Positions 28,199 through 37,629 are shown, numbered from the stretch's first letter. The stretch is DNA of 64,000 nucleotides from an uncultured Pseudomonadota bacterium (GCA_949298405.1 CASFWA010000001.1:210023-274022), one strand, 5' to 3'. Numbers and translations are program-made. The notes: generated by a model from the sequence alone, not told the origin.

Positions 28199-30268
28199 AT
28201 GGTAAAAAAGAAAAAAAAACAGAATGTATTTTTTATCGTATCTCGTGTGATAGTCCTATTTTTTATGGGATTGGTGGTGGCTTTTGTTATCGCGTTTTCT
28301 CAACTGAATCTTGAAACTTTGCGTGGCGATGTCTTGGCTATTTTAAAAGATGCGACTGGGTTGCCCGTTGAAATTGATGGTAGTGTTTCTTGGAAGTTAT
28401 CACTAAGACCGCAGATTGAATTAAATAAAGTTAGGGTTCCTAATGCAGAATGGGCAAAACATAAAGATGCGTTTAGCGCAGAAAAAATTGATGTGACCTT
28501 AAATTTAATTTCTTTATTCCGTGATAGACCAACAATTCAAAACGTTAAAATTTATGATGCTACGATATGTGTAGAGCAAAATGAAAAAGGTGAGTTGTCA
28601 ATTAAATCTGATAAAGATATTTCTGACAATAAGGCAGAAAATGCTAAAGCCGATTATCCTTTTGAAGATCCTGGACTTGGTGGGGTAGAAGTTAAAAATC
28701 TTAGTTTGGATTTGTTCGGAAATATTTATTCTTTAACAGGTTTCCAAGTACGGTATTCCCCACGTGATGATACACGCGAATATAGTGGTTGGGTTAAATC
28801 GGATAATGATGTTTTTCCGTTTATTGTTTCTTTTTCTAAATATAATGCAGAAAGAAAGGTTTATCCTGTCAGAGTTGCTTTTGCAACTGGTGGTGATGCA
28901 TTAATTGCAAATATTGCTTTGGAGGGAACTAGCAAAGCTCCCATAGATTTTATCATAAAAGGTGATATCCCTGATATTACCGCTGTTGGTGATGTTTTTG
29001 ATTTAGAAATACCAGAAATGCCTTTGATGAAAGTTGATATTACAGGCGGTTTTGATAGAAATAAACTTAGCTTTCGTAATTCTTCTATAAAAATTAAGGA
29101 TAATATCCTTGCTTTTTCTGGAGATATAGATTGGTCTAAAAATATTCCGATGGTAAATATGTCTTTGGATTCTAAATATATAAATTTGAAAGATTTGTTC
29201 CCAGAAATGTATTCTAGGGAGTGGATTAGACCTAATCGGGAACTTAATGTTTTTAAAGATGTTCCTTTGTTTGGAAGTGTGTTTTTGAATTTTAATTTGA
29301 ATCTGCACTTAATGTTGGACGATTTTATTATTTATCGCGATTTTTCTATAAAAGATATTGATTTGAATGTAGATTTAAAAGATGGACGTGCACGTGTTGA
29401 TACAACTAATGTTATAGGTAATGGGAATGTGCAAGTTGGCGGTACCGTAGATATTGATACAGACGGTAATATGTATGTAAAATTAGGTGGAATAGGAAGA
29501 AATGTTTCTGTCGGGGAAATTTTAAATCAAATACAAATAAAAGATTTAATTTCTGACTTGCCTGTTAATTTTGAAACTTATTTGGAAGCAAACGGCAAAA
29601 CCCTTTCTGAATGGATGCAAACTATTACTGGGCCTGTGCAAATTTATTCCGCAGGTCAGGGATATGCACATTCTGCGTTGGTCGCAAATATTTATGGTAC
29701 GGATTTCTTAACGACTTTGCGTCATAGTATTCAGGATCTTTTCCGTACAGAAAAGAAATATAATCAAATGACTATTTCTTGTGTTGCGCTTAATGCGAAA
29801 CTTCGTGATGGTGCTTTTGAAACTCAACATGGTGTCGCAATAGAAACAAATGCTATAAATATAAGATTTGCAGGAAAGTTAGATTTGGGAAATGAGAATT
29901 TAAAACTTTCTTTAACAACCGTTCCTGTTAGAGGTATTAAATTGTCCTTGACGGGAAATGTTGTTAATTCTATAGAATTTACCGGTAATCTTGCAGAACC
30001 AGATATTAAAATAAGTGGTGCTGCTGTTGCCGGCAAAGTAGCGTCTGCAACTGGTATAGGACTGCTATTAGCCCCATTTACGGGAGGAATAGGTTTAGTC
30101 GCTGGTGCAGGTGTGGGGCTGTTGGCAGGTGACTTGCTGGAAAATTGGTTGGCGGATGACCATCCTTGTGAAACCGCAATGGAAAAAGGTGCGCCGGCTC
30201 GTAGAAATGACTCAGAATGGTTGAATTTGCCGGTGACGGAATTACTAAACGGAATATTAAAGAATTAA
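28199..30268 (+). CDS. AsmA family protein
   Basis: N-terminal TM, ATG..VEIDG..WKLSLRP AsmA N-terminus, beta-rich body, GNLAEPDI and C-terminal amphipathic Gly-rich helix. Confidence 0.8.
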   Translation: MVKKKKKQNVFFIVSRVIVLFFMGLVVAFVIAFSQLNLETLRGDVLAILKDATGLPVEIDGSVSWKLSLRPQIELNKVRVPNAEWAKHKDAFSAEKIDVTLNLISLFRDRPTIQNVKIYDATICVEQNEKGELSIKSDKDISDNKAENAKADYPFEDPGLGGVEVKNLSLDLFGNIYSLTGFQVRYSPRDDTREYSGWVKSDNDVFPFIVSFSKYNAERKVYPVRVAFATGGDALIANIALEGTSKAPIDFIIKGDIPDITAVGDVFDLEIPEMPLMKVDITGGFDRNKLSFRNSSIKIKDNILAFSGDIDWSKNIPMVNMSLDSKYINLKDLFPEMYSREWIRPNRELNVFKDVPLFGSVFLNFNLNLHLMLDDFIIYRDFSIKDIDLNVDLKDGRARVDTTNVIGNGNVQVGGTVDIDTDGNMYVKLGGIGRNVSVGEILNQIQIKDLISDLPVNFETYLEANGKTLSEWMQTITGPVQIYSAGQGYAHSALVANIYGTDFLTTLRHSIQDLFRTEKKYNQMTISCVALNAKLRDGAFETQHGVAIETNAINIRFAGKLDLGNENLKLSLTTVPVRGIKLSLTGNVVNSIEFTGNLAEPDIKISGAAVAGKVASATGIGLLLAPFTGGIGLVAGAGVGLLAGDLLENWLADDHPCETAMEKGAPARRNDSEWLNLPVTELLNGILKN

Positions 30269-30280
30269 AAGGGTGAAAAC

Positions 30281-31039
30281 ATGTTTAATTGGATTGGTTT
30301 AGTTCAGGTTGTAATAATTGCAATTGTAATGTGGTTGTTTTATAGAAGTTTTATTCAAAATACTTCATCAGAACGTTTGGTACGCGGTTTGTTGGGGCTT
30401 GCGTTTTTATGGGTCTTGAGTTTTGTGCTTTCTTGGGCGCATTTAGATTTGTTAAGCGGCTTTTTACATTGGACTGCATTGTTCTTGTCGATTAGTTTAA
30501 TCGTGGTATTTCAACCAGAGTTACGTAAGTTTATGGCTTTGATGGGAAATATTGATGAATGGCGTAGAATATTTAAACGGGGTGGGGTGACCACAAAAAA
30601 TACAAGCGCATTAGATGCAATTGTTTCTGCTGTAGAATATATGTCTGCGAAACATACGGGGGCATTAATCGTTTTCCCAAGTAGTGTTGATGAAAGTGTC
30701 ATAGAAAAGAAAGGGGTTGCTATTGATGCAGAGATTTCAAGTGAACTTTTGCTGACGATATTTTTTAATAAAACACCTTTGCATGACGGCGCGGTGATAA
30801 TAGAAAAGGATCGTATCGCTTATGCAGGAGCAATTTTGCCGTTGTCCCAGAATAATTTGAACTGGAAATATGGAACGCGCCACCGCGCAGCACTTGGCTT
30901 GTCAGAAGTTTCTGGTGCAACGGTTTTGGTTGTTTCAGAAGAAAGTGGTGATATATCAATCGCAGAAAAGGGTAAATTTATCAAATACGATGATATAAAA
31001 AAATTACGCGCAAAATTAGAAAAAGTTATGTCTAAATAA
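30281..31039 (+). CDS. cdaA: Diadenylate cyclase (CdaA type)
   Basis: Three N-terminal TM helices, FQPELR, catalytic TPLHDGA and GTRHRAA, VSEESG. Confidence 0.92.
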   Translation: MFNWIGLVQVVIIAIVMWLFYRSFIQNTSSERLVRGLLGLAFLWVLSFVLSWAHLDLLSGFLHWTALFLSISLIVVFQPELRKFMALMGNIDEWRRIFKRGGVTTKNTSALDAIVSAVEYMSAKHTGALIVFPSSVDESVIEKKGVAIDAEISSELLLTIFFNKTPLHDGAVIIEKDRIAYAGAILPLSQNNLNWKYGTRHRAALGLSEVSGATVLVVSEESGDISIAEKGKFIKYDDIKKLRAKLEKVMSK

Positions 31040-31059
31040 TATATTAATGCTTGTATGTG

Positions 31060-31087
31060 GCCCAGTCAGAAAGACTGGGCTTTTTTG
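31060..31087 (+). terminator. Intrinsic terminator
   Basis: GCCCAGTC-agaaa-GACTGGGC-TTTTTTT. Confidence 0.85.
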
Positions 31088-31206
31088 ACGTATTTATTTT
31101 TTTGTATATTTAATATAAATTCTTTTGCTCTTGCACCGAATCGGCATTTTTTGATAAACTTTAACAAAAGAATGTAGGGCGTATTTTTAATAACAGGAGC
31201 ACATAC

Positions 31207-32325
31207 ATGGAATTTTCAGTATTTCGCCAGGTTTTAATTCGTGCGCTGGGGCATATGCAGTCTATTGTGGAAAAGCGTGCAACCCTGCCGATATTGATGA
31301 ATGTTAAAATAGAAGTTGCAGATGATTTGGTCTTGTCTGCGACAAATGTTGATTTAGAATTGGTTGAACATGTCGAAGCCGATATCACTTTGGGTGGGAA
31401 AATAACAGTTCCTGTTCAGATGTTGTATGATATTGTTCGTAAGTTGCCAGATGCATCAGAAATTTCTTTTAAGCAGTCTGGCGATCAGTTGGTTGTTTCC
31501 AGTGGTAGGGCAGTTTTCCGCTTGCCTACATTGCCAGCAGAAAACTTCCCAGCGATGGCGGGCAGTAATTTGACAACTAAATTCCAAATGACTACGGGTG
31601 ATTTGGCCCATCTGATTAATCAGACTAAATTCGCAATTCCAACAGATGATGTTCGCTATCATTTGGGGGGGATTTATTTCCATATTTCTGATGAAGGTAA
31701 AGAAAAAATGTTAACTGCTGTTGCAACAGATGCACAGCGTATGGCTTTGTGCGCGATGCCGGCACCGGCGGGTAGTGCAGAAATGCCAGCAGTTATTTTA
31801 CCACGTCGTGTAATTGGTGAACTATCAAAATTGTTGGAAGATGCAAATGTAGATGATGTGACGGTTGAATTGTCTGATACAAAAGCACGCTTTACTGTTG
31901 GCCCAGCAACGCTTACAAGTAAGTTAGTCGATGCACAATATCCTAATTATAGGGTCGTTATACCTAAAGGAAATGACAAAATTGCCATTTTGGATAGAAA
32001 GCAGTTTTTGAATGCAGTTGATTTGGTTTCCGTTGCTAGTGTTGATAAAACAAAATCTGTTCAGTTAACTTTCTCGATGAATAAATTAGTTGTTAACGCT
32101 TCTAGCCCAGATGCAGGTACTGCAACACAAGAATTGGATATTGAATATAATGGTGATGCATCATTTACCGTAACGTTTAATGTAAAATTCTTGATGGATG
32201 TTGCGGGACAGGTAGAAGGTGAAAAGTTCCAGATGGAAATGCAAGATCCTCTGTCGCCAACGATAATAAAATCTACTGATAAAAATACAGATGCATTATT
32301 TATATTAATGCCGATGAGGATGTAA
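31207..32325 (+). CDS. dnaN: DNA polymerase III beta clamp
   Basis: LPILMNV, ATNVDLE, VATDAQRMA, YPNYR.VIP, C-terminal LMPMR. Confidence 0.96.
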   Translation: MEFSVFRQVLIRALGHMQSIVEKRATLPILMNVKIEVADDLVLSATNVDLELVEHVEADITLGGKITVPVQMLYDIVRKLPDASEISFKQSGDQLVVSSGRAVFRLPTLPAENFPAMAGSNLTTKFQMTTGDLAHLINQTKFAIPTDDVRYHLGGIYFHISDEGKEKMLTAVATDAQRMALCAMPAPAGSAEMPAVILPRRVIGELSKLLEDANVDDVTVELSDTKARFTVGPATLTSKLVDAQYPNYRVVIPKGNDKIAILDRKQFLNAVDLVSVASVDKTKSVQLTFSMNKLVVNASSPDAGTATQELDIEYNGDASFTVTFNVKFLMDVAGQVEGEKFQMEMQDPLSPTIIKSTDKNTDALFILMPMRM

Positions 32326-32414
32326 AAACTGCCGTAAGGCGGTTTTTTTACGGATTTTATAATTGCAAAGTGTTGTTTTTATGATATTATTGCCGCCACA
32401 AAAAAGGTTAAATT

Positions 32415-32957
32415 ATGTCTATAGAAGAAATTTCGGCTGGTAAAATGCCACCAAAAAAAATGAATGCTATCATAGAAGTGCCGGAAAACGGCTTCGTAAA
32501 ATATGAAATCGATAAAGAAACGGGGCTGCCACGTGTTGACCGTATTTTGCATACTCCAATGGCTTATCCTGCAAACTATGGCTATTTCCCAGGAACTTTG
32601 GGTGATGATGGTGACCCATTAGATTGCGTGGTAGTTTGTAATGCCCCTTTGCGCCCAGGGGTTTTAATTGAGGTTAGACCAATAGGTGCTTTGTTAATGG
32701 AAGATCAGGCAGGTGGAGATGAAAAAATTATCTGCGTTCCACGCGATAAAATCGATCCTTTCTATACTAATACTGAATATGTTGAACAGTTGCCTGCAAT
32801 ATTGCGTTCTAAGATAGAATATTTCTTTCAACATTATAAAGATTTGCAGCCAAATTCTTGGTCAAAAGTGACAGGTTGGGCAGACCGTGAAACTGCTGAT
32901 AAGTTAATTATGGAAAGTATCGACAGATATTGGGCTCATAAGCGCGAAGTTCAATAA
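32415..32957 (+). CDS. ppa: Inorganic pyrophosphatase (family I)
   Basis: KYEIDK, YPANYG, DGDPLD, DEKII, FFQHYKDL. Confidence 0.96.
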   Translation: MSIEEISAGKMPPKKMNAIIEVPENGFVKYEIDKETGLPRVDRILHTPMAYPANYGYFPGTLGDDGDPLDCVVVCNAPLRPGVLIEVRPIGALLMEDQAGGDEKIICVPRDKIDPFYTNTEYVEQLPAILRSKIEYFFQHYKDLQPNSWSKVTGWADRETADKLIMESIDRYWAHKREVQ

Positions 32958-33019
32958 TCTTCTTGCGTTTATGCGATTGTTCCGTATAATTTGAAAAGTG
33001 AAAAATAAGAGGTAGTACA

Positions 33020-33589
33020 ATGGCTTCATACATTGCTAATGATATGCGTGTGGGTTGGGTTATTGCTCATAACGGTAAACGTTATTCTGTTATGTCCATT
33101 ACAAAAGTAAAACCAGGTAAGGGTGGTGCTTTCGTTCAAGCTGATTTACGTGATATCGATTCTGGAAATAAGGGCGGTGACCGTTGGCGTGCAGAAGATA
33201 AGGTTGAAAAGTTGATGGTCGAAGATTTTGATTGTCAATATCTATATTCTGACGGAACGGATGCTTTCTTTATGAATTTGTCCGATTATGAACAGTTTAC
33301 TATGCCTGTCGAATCTTTGGGTGAACAAATGAAATTCTTGGCACCTGAAATGCAGGTAAAGGCAAACTTTGTAGAAGGTCAACCTGTTTCTATTTCTTTG
33401 CCAAAAACAGTTGTCGCAACAGTCGAAGAAACAGAACCTGCTTTAAAAGGTCAAACCGTTTCAAGTAGTGGTGGTAAACCTGCTATCTTGGATAATGGCG
33501 TTCGTGTTCAGGTTCCTTTGTTTATTGAACAAGGCGAAAAAATTGTCGTTAATACAGAAACTTTGGAATATGTAGAACGCGCAAAATAA
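33020..33589 (+). CDS. efp: Elongation factor P
   Basis: VKPGKGGAF, YLY.DG, KPAILDNG, VPLFI. Confidence 0.97.
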   Translation: MASYIANDMRVGWVIAHNGKRYSVMSITKVKPGKGGAFVQADLRDIDSGNKGGDRWRAEDKVEKLMVEDFDCQYLYSDGTDAFFMNLSDYEQFTMPVESLGEQMKFLAPEMQVKANFVEGQPVSISLPKTVVATVEETEPALKGQTVSSSGGKPAILDNGVRVQVPLFIEQGEKIVVNTETLEYVERAK

Positions 33590-33725
33590 ATAAAAATAAA
33601 TTATAATAACACATCTGTGCACGGTGGCAACCAACTCGTGTAACATTTGTACACTTCGTGGTTGTCACTGCACGTATCTATGGCGTTCTAATTTATTTTA
33701 CAGTGGCATTTTACGCAAATTTTTT

Positions 33726-33750
33726 GTCGCCATTTTGGCGACTGTTTTTT
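33726..33750 (+). terminator. Intrinsic terminator downstream of efp and hairpin
   Basis: GTCGCCA-ttt-TGGCGAC-TGTTTTTT. Confidence 0.75.
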
Positions 33751-33754
33751 AACC

Positions 33755-33783
33755 TTGCATAGTTTATGTGTGTGCGATAGTAT
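33755..33783 (+). promoter_or_regulatory. Sigma70-like promoter of leader A
   Basis: TTGCAT-N17-TAGTAT, 6 nt upstream of the first hairpin. Confidence 0.7.
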
Positions 33784-33789
33784 GTTTGT

Positions 33790-33960
33790 GCCAACGGGTG
33801 TTCCGTTGGCGGGGTGTGGAAACCCTTCAATTGCGTCGCGATTTAGCGATGAAAAGAAAATCCCTGATTTTGGTCAGGGGGGTCGTGAATATACTGAATA
33901 AGCGACACAATTCAATTGATTGTTTCCAACCTCCTGACCACCAAAAAAACGGTGGTTTTT
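33790..33960 (+). ncRNA. C4 antisense RNA-like structured leader/attenuator, copy A
   Basis: 5' hairpin; a1 hairpin GGG-tgtggaaa-CCC; b1 TCAATTG; tRNA-like core 33872-33943 (GGTCAGG...CCTGACC-A-CCA); overlapping terminator GACCACC/GGTGGTT-TTT. Confidence 0.78.
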
Positions 33961-33989
33961 GTTTAACCAAAACAAAACAGGGGTTTGAA

Positions 33990-34601
33990 ATGAAAAAAAT
34001 TTTTATTACAGCATTCTTGCTGGGGGCGGTTGTGCCTGATGTTGGGCGTGCAACAGCAATAATTCCACCAGAGCAAACAGAAACAGAAAAATATGTTGGC
34101 AAATTGGCCGGGTATGTTAGTTGTGTGTTGTGTATGGACAATGCGGTGCATTTGCGTGATTTTATTTTGGCGTATGGATTTGGTGGCAGCGGTTCGTGCG
34201 ATTATGAAATGCTGAATAATTCGGACTATATAGAATATACTGATGCTTTACGCGAAAATAATTTGTATGATGCAGAACAGTTTGGGGTGCCAGATTCTGG
34301 TGCATTGGTAAATAGTTATTTGGATGTGATAGGACAGGAATTGTGTCTAGGGGTGCCACCGGCACATTCGTGTATGTATTACGCCTTGTGTATATGTGCT
34401 GATGATCATTATCCATATATCGGGGAAGGATCGAATGGTGAAGTTGGGTATGGCTCTTTGGAATGTGTGGCGTGTCCCAGTGGTGGCACGTCAGAACCAG
34501 GCGCGCGAAGCATTACATCGTGCTATCTGCCGTCCGGCACAACCGGCAGTGATGCAAGTGGTAATTTTATTTATGCGGATGATTGTCATTATGTCGAATA
34601 A
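33990..34601 (+). CDS. Secreted Cys-rich protein (shares C-terminal domain with 40281-40859)
   Basis: ATG at 33990 (MKKIFI signal peptide); C-terminal CxxCP...S..G...IT.CY.P...SD.SG...C.Y. Confidence 0.75.
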   Translation: MKKIFITAFLLGAVVPDVGRATAIIPPEQTETEKYVGKLAGYVSCVLCMDNAVHLRDFILAYGFGGSGSCDYEMLNNSDYIEYTDALRENNLYDAEQFGVPDSGALVNSYLDVIGQELCLGVPPAHSCMYYALCICADDHYPYIGEGSNGEVGYGSLECVACPSGGTSEPGARSITSCYLPSGTTGSDASGNFIYADDCHYVE

Positions 34602-34638
34602 AATTATAATCCCGGCAATAATGCCGGGATTATAATTT
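34601..34638. terminator. Bidirectional intrinsic terminator
   Basis: AAATTATAATCCCGGCA-ataa-TGCCGGGATTATAATTT. Confidence 0.8.
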
Positions 34639-34642
34639 GTAG

Positions 34643-35590
34643 TTATTTCGTTTTTTCGTTTGAGCCCATAATATTTTTGATTTCATCAACGCAATTATCA
34701 TAGATATTTTTGCGTCCTGTACCCAGATAGTCACGTGGGTTAAAGTTTTCTGGTTTTGTTGCCAATGTTTCGCGAACACCAGCGGTGAATGCTAAGCGGG
34801 AATCGCTGTCCACATTTATTTTGCATATATTCATTTCAACTGCATGACGTAATTGTTCGGCAGGTATACCAAGTGCGTTGGATAGTTTACCGTCATATTC
34901 GTTTATTGTTTTTACAAAGTTTTGCGGAATGCTGGATGCGCCATGTAATACCAATGGAAAATCTGGTAACTGTTTTGCTATTTTTTCTAAAATATCAAAA
35001 CGTAGTTCTTCGTTTTCTGTTTTCCTTTTATATGCACCGTGACTTGTGCCGATTGCAATCGCAAGAGAATCTATATTTGTTGCGTTTACAAAATTTACAA
35101 CGTCATCAGGGTTGGTATAACTAGATTCTGTGTTTTGTGTGTTTTCGTCTTCTATCCCTGAAAGAGTACCTAATTCTGCTTCTACACTTACATCGTATTT
35201 GTGTGCAAAGTCCGCAACTGTTTTTGCTAATTCTATGTTCGCATTAAATGGTAATTTTGACCCGTCTATCATAACACTTGAAAAACCAAGTTTTATAGCA
35301 TTAACGCACGATTCAAAACTGGAACCGTGGTCTAGGTGCAGACTTATTTTTTCTTCCGGTTTTATATGTAAACCCCATATCATACCCATTAGTAGGCTAG
35401 GTCCCATATATTTTAATGCAGATTCTGATACTGCAAGAATGACAGGGCTTTTTGTGTCTCGTGCAGCGGATACAATGGCAGACAATGTTTCCATGTTGTA
35501 AAAGTTGAATGCGGGTACTGCATAATGCTTTGAAATTGCGTCAGAAAAAACTTCTTTTGTATTAACTAAACCGAAATCTTTATAGTCCAT
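34643..35590 (-). CDS. fba: Class II fructose-bisphosphate aldolase
   Basis: YAVPAFN, LHLDHG, SVMIDGS, VEAELG, GTSHGAYK, LVLHGAS, KINVD; ATG at 35590 with GAGG RBS. Confidence 0.95.
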   Translation of the reverse strand: MDYKDFGLVNTKEVFSDAISKHYAVPAFNFYNMETLSAIVSAARDTKSPVILAVSESALKYMGPSLLMGMIWGLHIKPEEKISLHLDHGSSFESCVNAIKLGFSSVMIDGSKLPFNANIELAKTVADFAHKYDVSVEAELGTLSGIEDENTQNTESSYTNPDDVVNFVNATNIDSLAIAIGTSHGAYKRKTENEELRFDILEKIAKQLPDFPLVLHGASSIPQNFVKTINEYDGKLSNALGIPAEQLRHAVEMNICKINVDSDSRLAFTAGVRETLATKPENFNPRDYLGTGRKNIYDNCVDEIKNIMGSNEKTK

Positions 35591-35758
35591 AATGTCTTCC
35601 TCTTTTCTTGGTATTATAGCATAATAAACTTTGCGGTGCGTAAATAAATATAGGAATCTTTTAGTTGACAAATACTTGACAATGAATATTTTTGTGCAAC
35701 AATTATAATACGAATCGGGAGATGGTCTGAGGATAGGCAGAGTTTAAAAGGTGTTATT

Positions 35759-36139
35759 ATGAAAAAGATTTTGGTTTCTGCAATTGCTTTGACTGCTTTG
35801 GCAGGTTGTGGTGGTTATTATGATTATTATAAAGGTGGCGTAAGATATACTCAAGATGGTCAGGATTGTATATATTATGCAGGTGAACAGGGACGTAATT
35901 TATCTAGTTATGTAAGCGGTTTGGATAACGGTAAAAAAATAGTATATCGCAATACTCGTTGCGAAGATTTGTATGCTCGCGATATGTTTGGTCAGGAACC
36001 ACGTCATGATCGTCAAATTTTAGTTCCAGCAGCGCAAGAAGTTCCTTGTAATGCATGTGAAAACAAAATCGAAAAAGTTTCCTATGGTTGCCAAACTTGT
36101 GCAAAACCAGTTTTAACACGTAGATACATTATTATGTAA
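35759..36139 (+). CDS. Hypothetical lipoprotein
   Basis: Lipobox LAGC; two CxxC pairs near the C-terminus. Confidence 0.8.
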   Translation: MKKILVSAIALTALAGCGGYYDYYKGGVRYTQDGQDCIYYAGEQGRNLSSYVSGLDNGKKIVYRNTRCEDLYARDMFGQEPRHDRQILVPAAQEVPCNACENKIEKVSYGCQTCAKPVLTRRYIIM

Positions 36140-36250
36140 GTTTGTTTGCTTGTTATAAAAGCGTCCCTTGGGGCGCTTTTTATTTTTGTATCTTTCTTGA
36201 ATAAAGTGTTTTTTTGTGGTAAAATTACAGAAAAGGAAAAGGGGTTTTAT

Positions 36251-36628
36251 ATGAAAAACTTGTTGAAAAAAATCGGATTTGCTGGCTTGGTTGTTGTTGC
36301 TGGTGGGGCGGCGGCTTTGGCAGCACCTGCGGCAGGCGGTGTTAATAATGCGGGGCTATGCGGCTTAATTGCCCAAATGTACGGTGTGTTTAAAATTCTG
36401 CGTACATTGGCTTTCGTAGGTGCGGCATTTATTATCGCAGGCTGGGCCTGGGGATATATCTCCAAGGGTGAAGTAAAACTTGATGATTTGCAGAAGAAGG
36501 GTACTGGTATGTTGGTCGGTTTTATATTGTTGTTCGGTATCGGTGTAGTTTTGCAATTCTTCTTAAGTTCTGCTGGGTTGGCGGCAATCGGATGCCAAGA
36601 TGTAATTTTGAATTGGGGTAGAATGTAA
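36251..36628 (+). CDS. TrbC/VirB2-like pilin-type membrane protein (putative)
   Basis: ATG at 36251; signal peptide ending ALA|A, Cys, two hydrophobic helices separated by a charged loop; family call is inference. Confidence 0.5.
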   Translation: MKNLLKKIGFAGLVVVAGGAAALAAPAAGGVNNAGLCGLIAQMYGVFKILRTLAFVGAAFIIAGWAWGYISKGEVKLDDLQKKGTGMLVGFILLFGIGVVLQFFLSSAGLAAIGCQDVILNWGRM

Positions 36629-36629
36629 T

Positions 36630-36662
36630 AAAAAAAGACGGTTTTATAACCGTCTTTTTTTT
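36630..36662. terminator. Bidirectional intrinsic terminator
   Basis: AAAAAAAGACGGTT-ttat-AACCGTCTTTTTTT. Confidence 0.85.
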
Positions 36663-36664
36663 GC

Positions 36665-37612
36665 TTATCTTATTTTTGTGAATGCGAATTGTTTTATAAA
36701 TTCGCGTTCTTTTTTATTTAATTCGGTTTTTACTTCGTTGACTGACTGTTTTTCAATGTCTTGTTCTGGGTATTTGCCTGTCGTCTGAATCATTTTGATT
36801 CTTTGATTATATAATGCTTTAAGTAATATATCGGAAAATTCAGAAAAACTCATTGATGGTTTAGTATCGTGTTGTCTTATTGTCATGTATAATGCTTTCT
36901 GGCGCGCTAATAATGATTCTGCGCCCATATAATTCGCGATAGGGTCGTTGTCTTTTATTGCTATGCCATGAATCTCTTTAAGGGTTTTTGAATCTATGTT
37001 ATAGAAAAATGCGTTTATTCTTGCGTGATTAAATAGTTTCATATTTGCTTTTTTTCTAATTGCAATACCGCTTATTACTTTTTCTGCTTTTGTAAGATTT
37101 TCACGTAAATAGATTCTTGAAAATTTATATGCCATTTCATTTAATTGCTCGAATTTTGTGTTCGGGTTCATGAAATATAGTTGGGCGAAAATCATATAGG
37201 GGTATTGTTTCATTATGCTCCAACAGGCATATCTGCTTAATTTCGCGTCTAAACCTTCTTTTTTATATTTTACACCGTTAGGTGCGTGTATTGAGTAATT
37301 GTTTGTTATAGTTATTATGTGCGATGTTATGAAGTCTTGAAACTTTTCTGGTGATAAAAGATTGGACTCGCCTTTTTGGTGTAGTTTTTTAGGTGTGTGT
37401 CTGGTTATTGCGTTATAAGCAGTTGAATATGCGTTTTTGTGTTCGCCCATTAAATCTTCGCCAAAAAGATTATATAAGTTTGAAAATAGCCAATAATCTG
37501 AAAGTTGAACGGAAAAATCTGTTTCTGGTGAAAATAAATTTGTTTCTTGTTTGGAGCGTAAAATTTGGCCCTGTAAATATTCGTATGTTGTTTTGGCTTG
37601 TGGACGTGGCAT
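36665..37612 (-). CDS. DinD-like protein (DNA damage-inducible D / BRO-related)
   Basis: LSRYACW...FAQLYF, R..LRE.L...EK..S, DPIANYMGAESL resemble DinD family motifs. Confidence 0.65.
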   Translation of the reverse strand: MPRPQAKTTYEYLQGQILRSKQETNLFSPETDFSVQLSDYWLFSNLYNLFGEDLMGEHKNAYSTAYNAITRHTPKKLHQKGESNLLSPEKFQDFITSHIITITNNYSIHAPNGVKYKKEGLDAKLSRYACWSIMKQYPYMIFAQLYFMNPNTKFEQLNEMAYKFSRIYLRENLTKAEKVISGIAIRKKANMKLFNHARINAFFYNIDSKTLKEIHGIAIKDNDPIANYMGAESLLARQKALYMTIRQHDTKPSMSFSEFSDILLKALYNQRIKMIQTTGKYPEQDIEKQSVNEVKTELNKKEREFIKQFAFTKIR

Positions 37613-37629
37613 GTTTTGTTCCTATAAAT

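Noticed and set aside
33872..33943. Possible tRNA gene (acceptor-like stem plus ACCA)
   Set aside because: No D-arm GG or TTCGA T-loop and no 7-nt anticodon loop on a canonical arm; treated as a tRNA mimic
33790..33960. Leaders as known metabolite riboswitches (c-di-AMP/ydaO, T-box, TPP, cobalamin)
   Set aside because: None of their invariant sequence motifs is visible, and the loops co-vary with internal targets rather than being conserved
33768..33989. N-terminal extension of the 33768..34601 track ORF
   Set aside because: It runs through the promoter and structured leader A; the signal peptide and RBS point to ATG 33990
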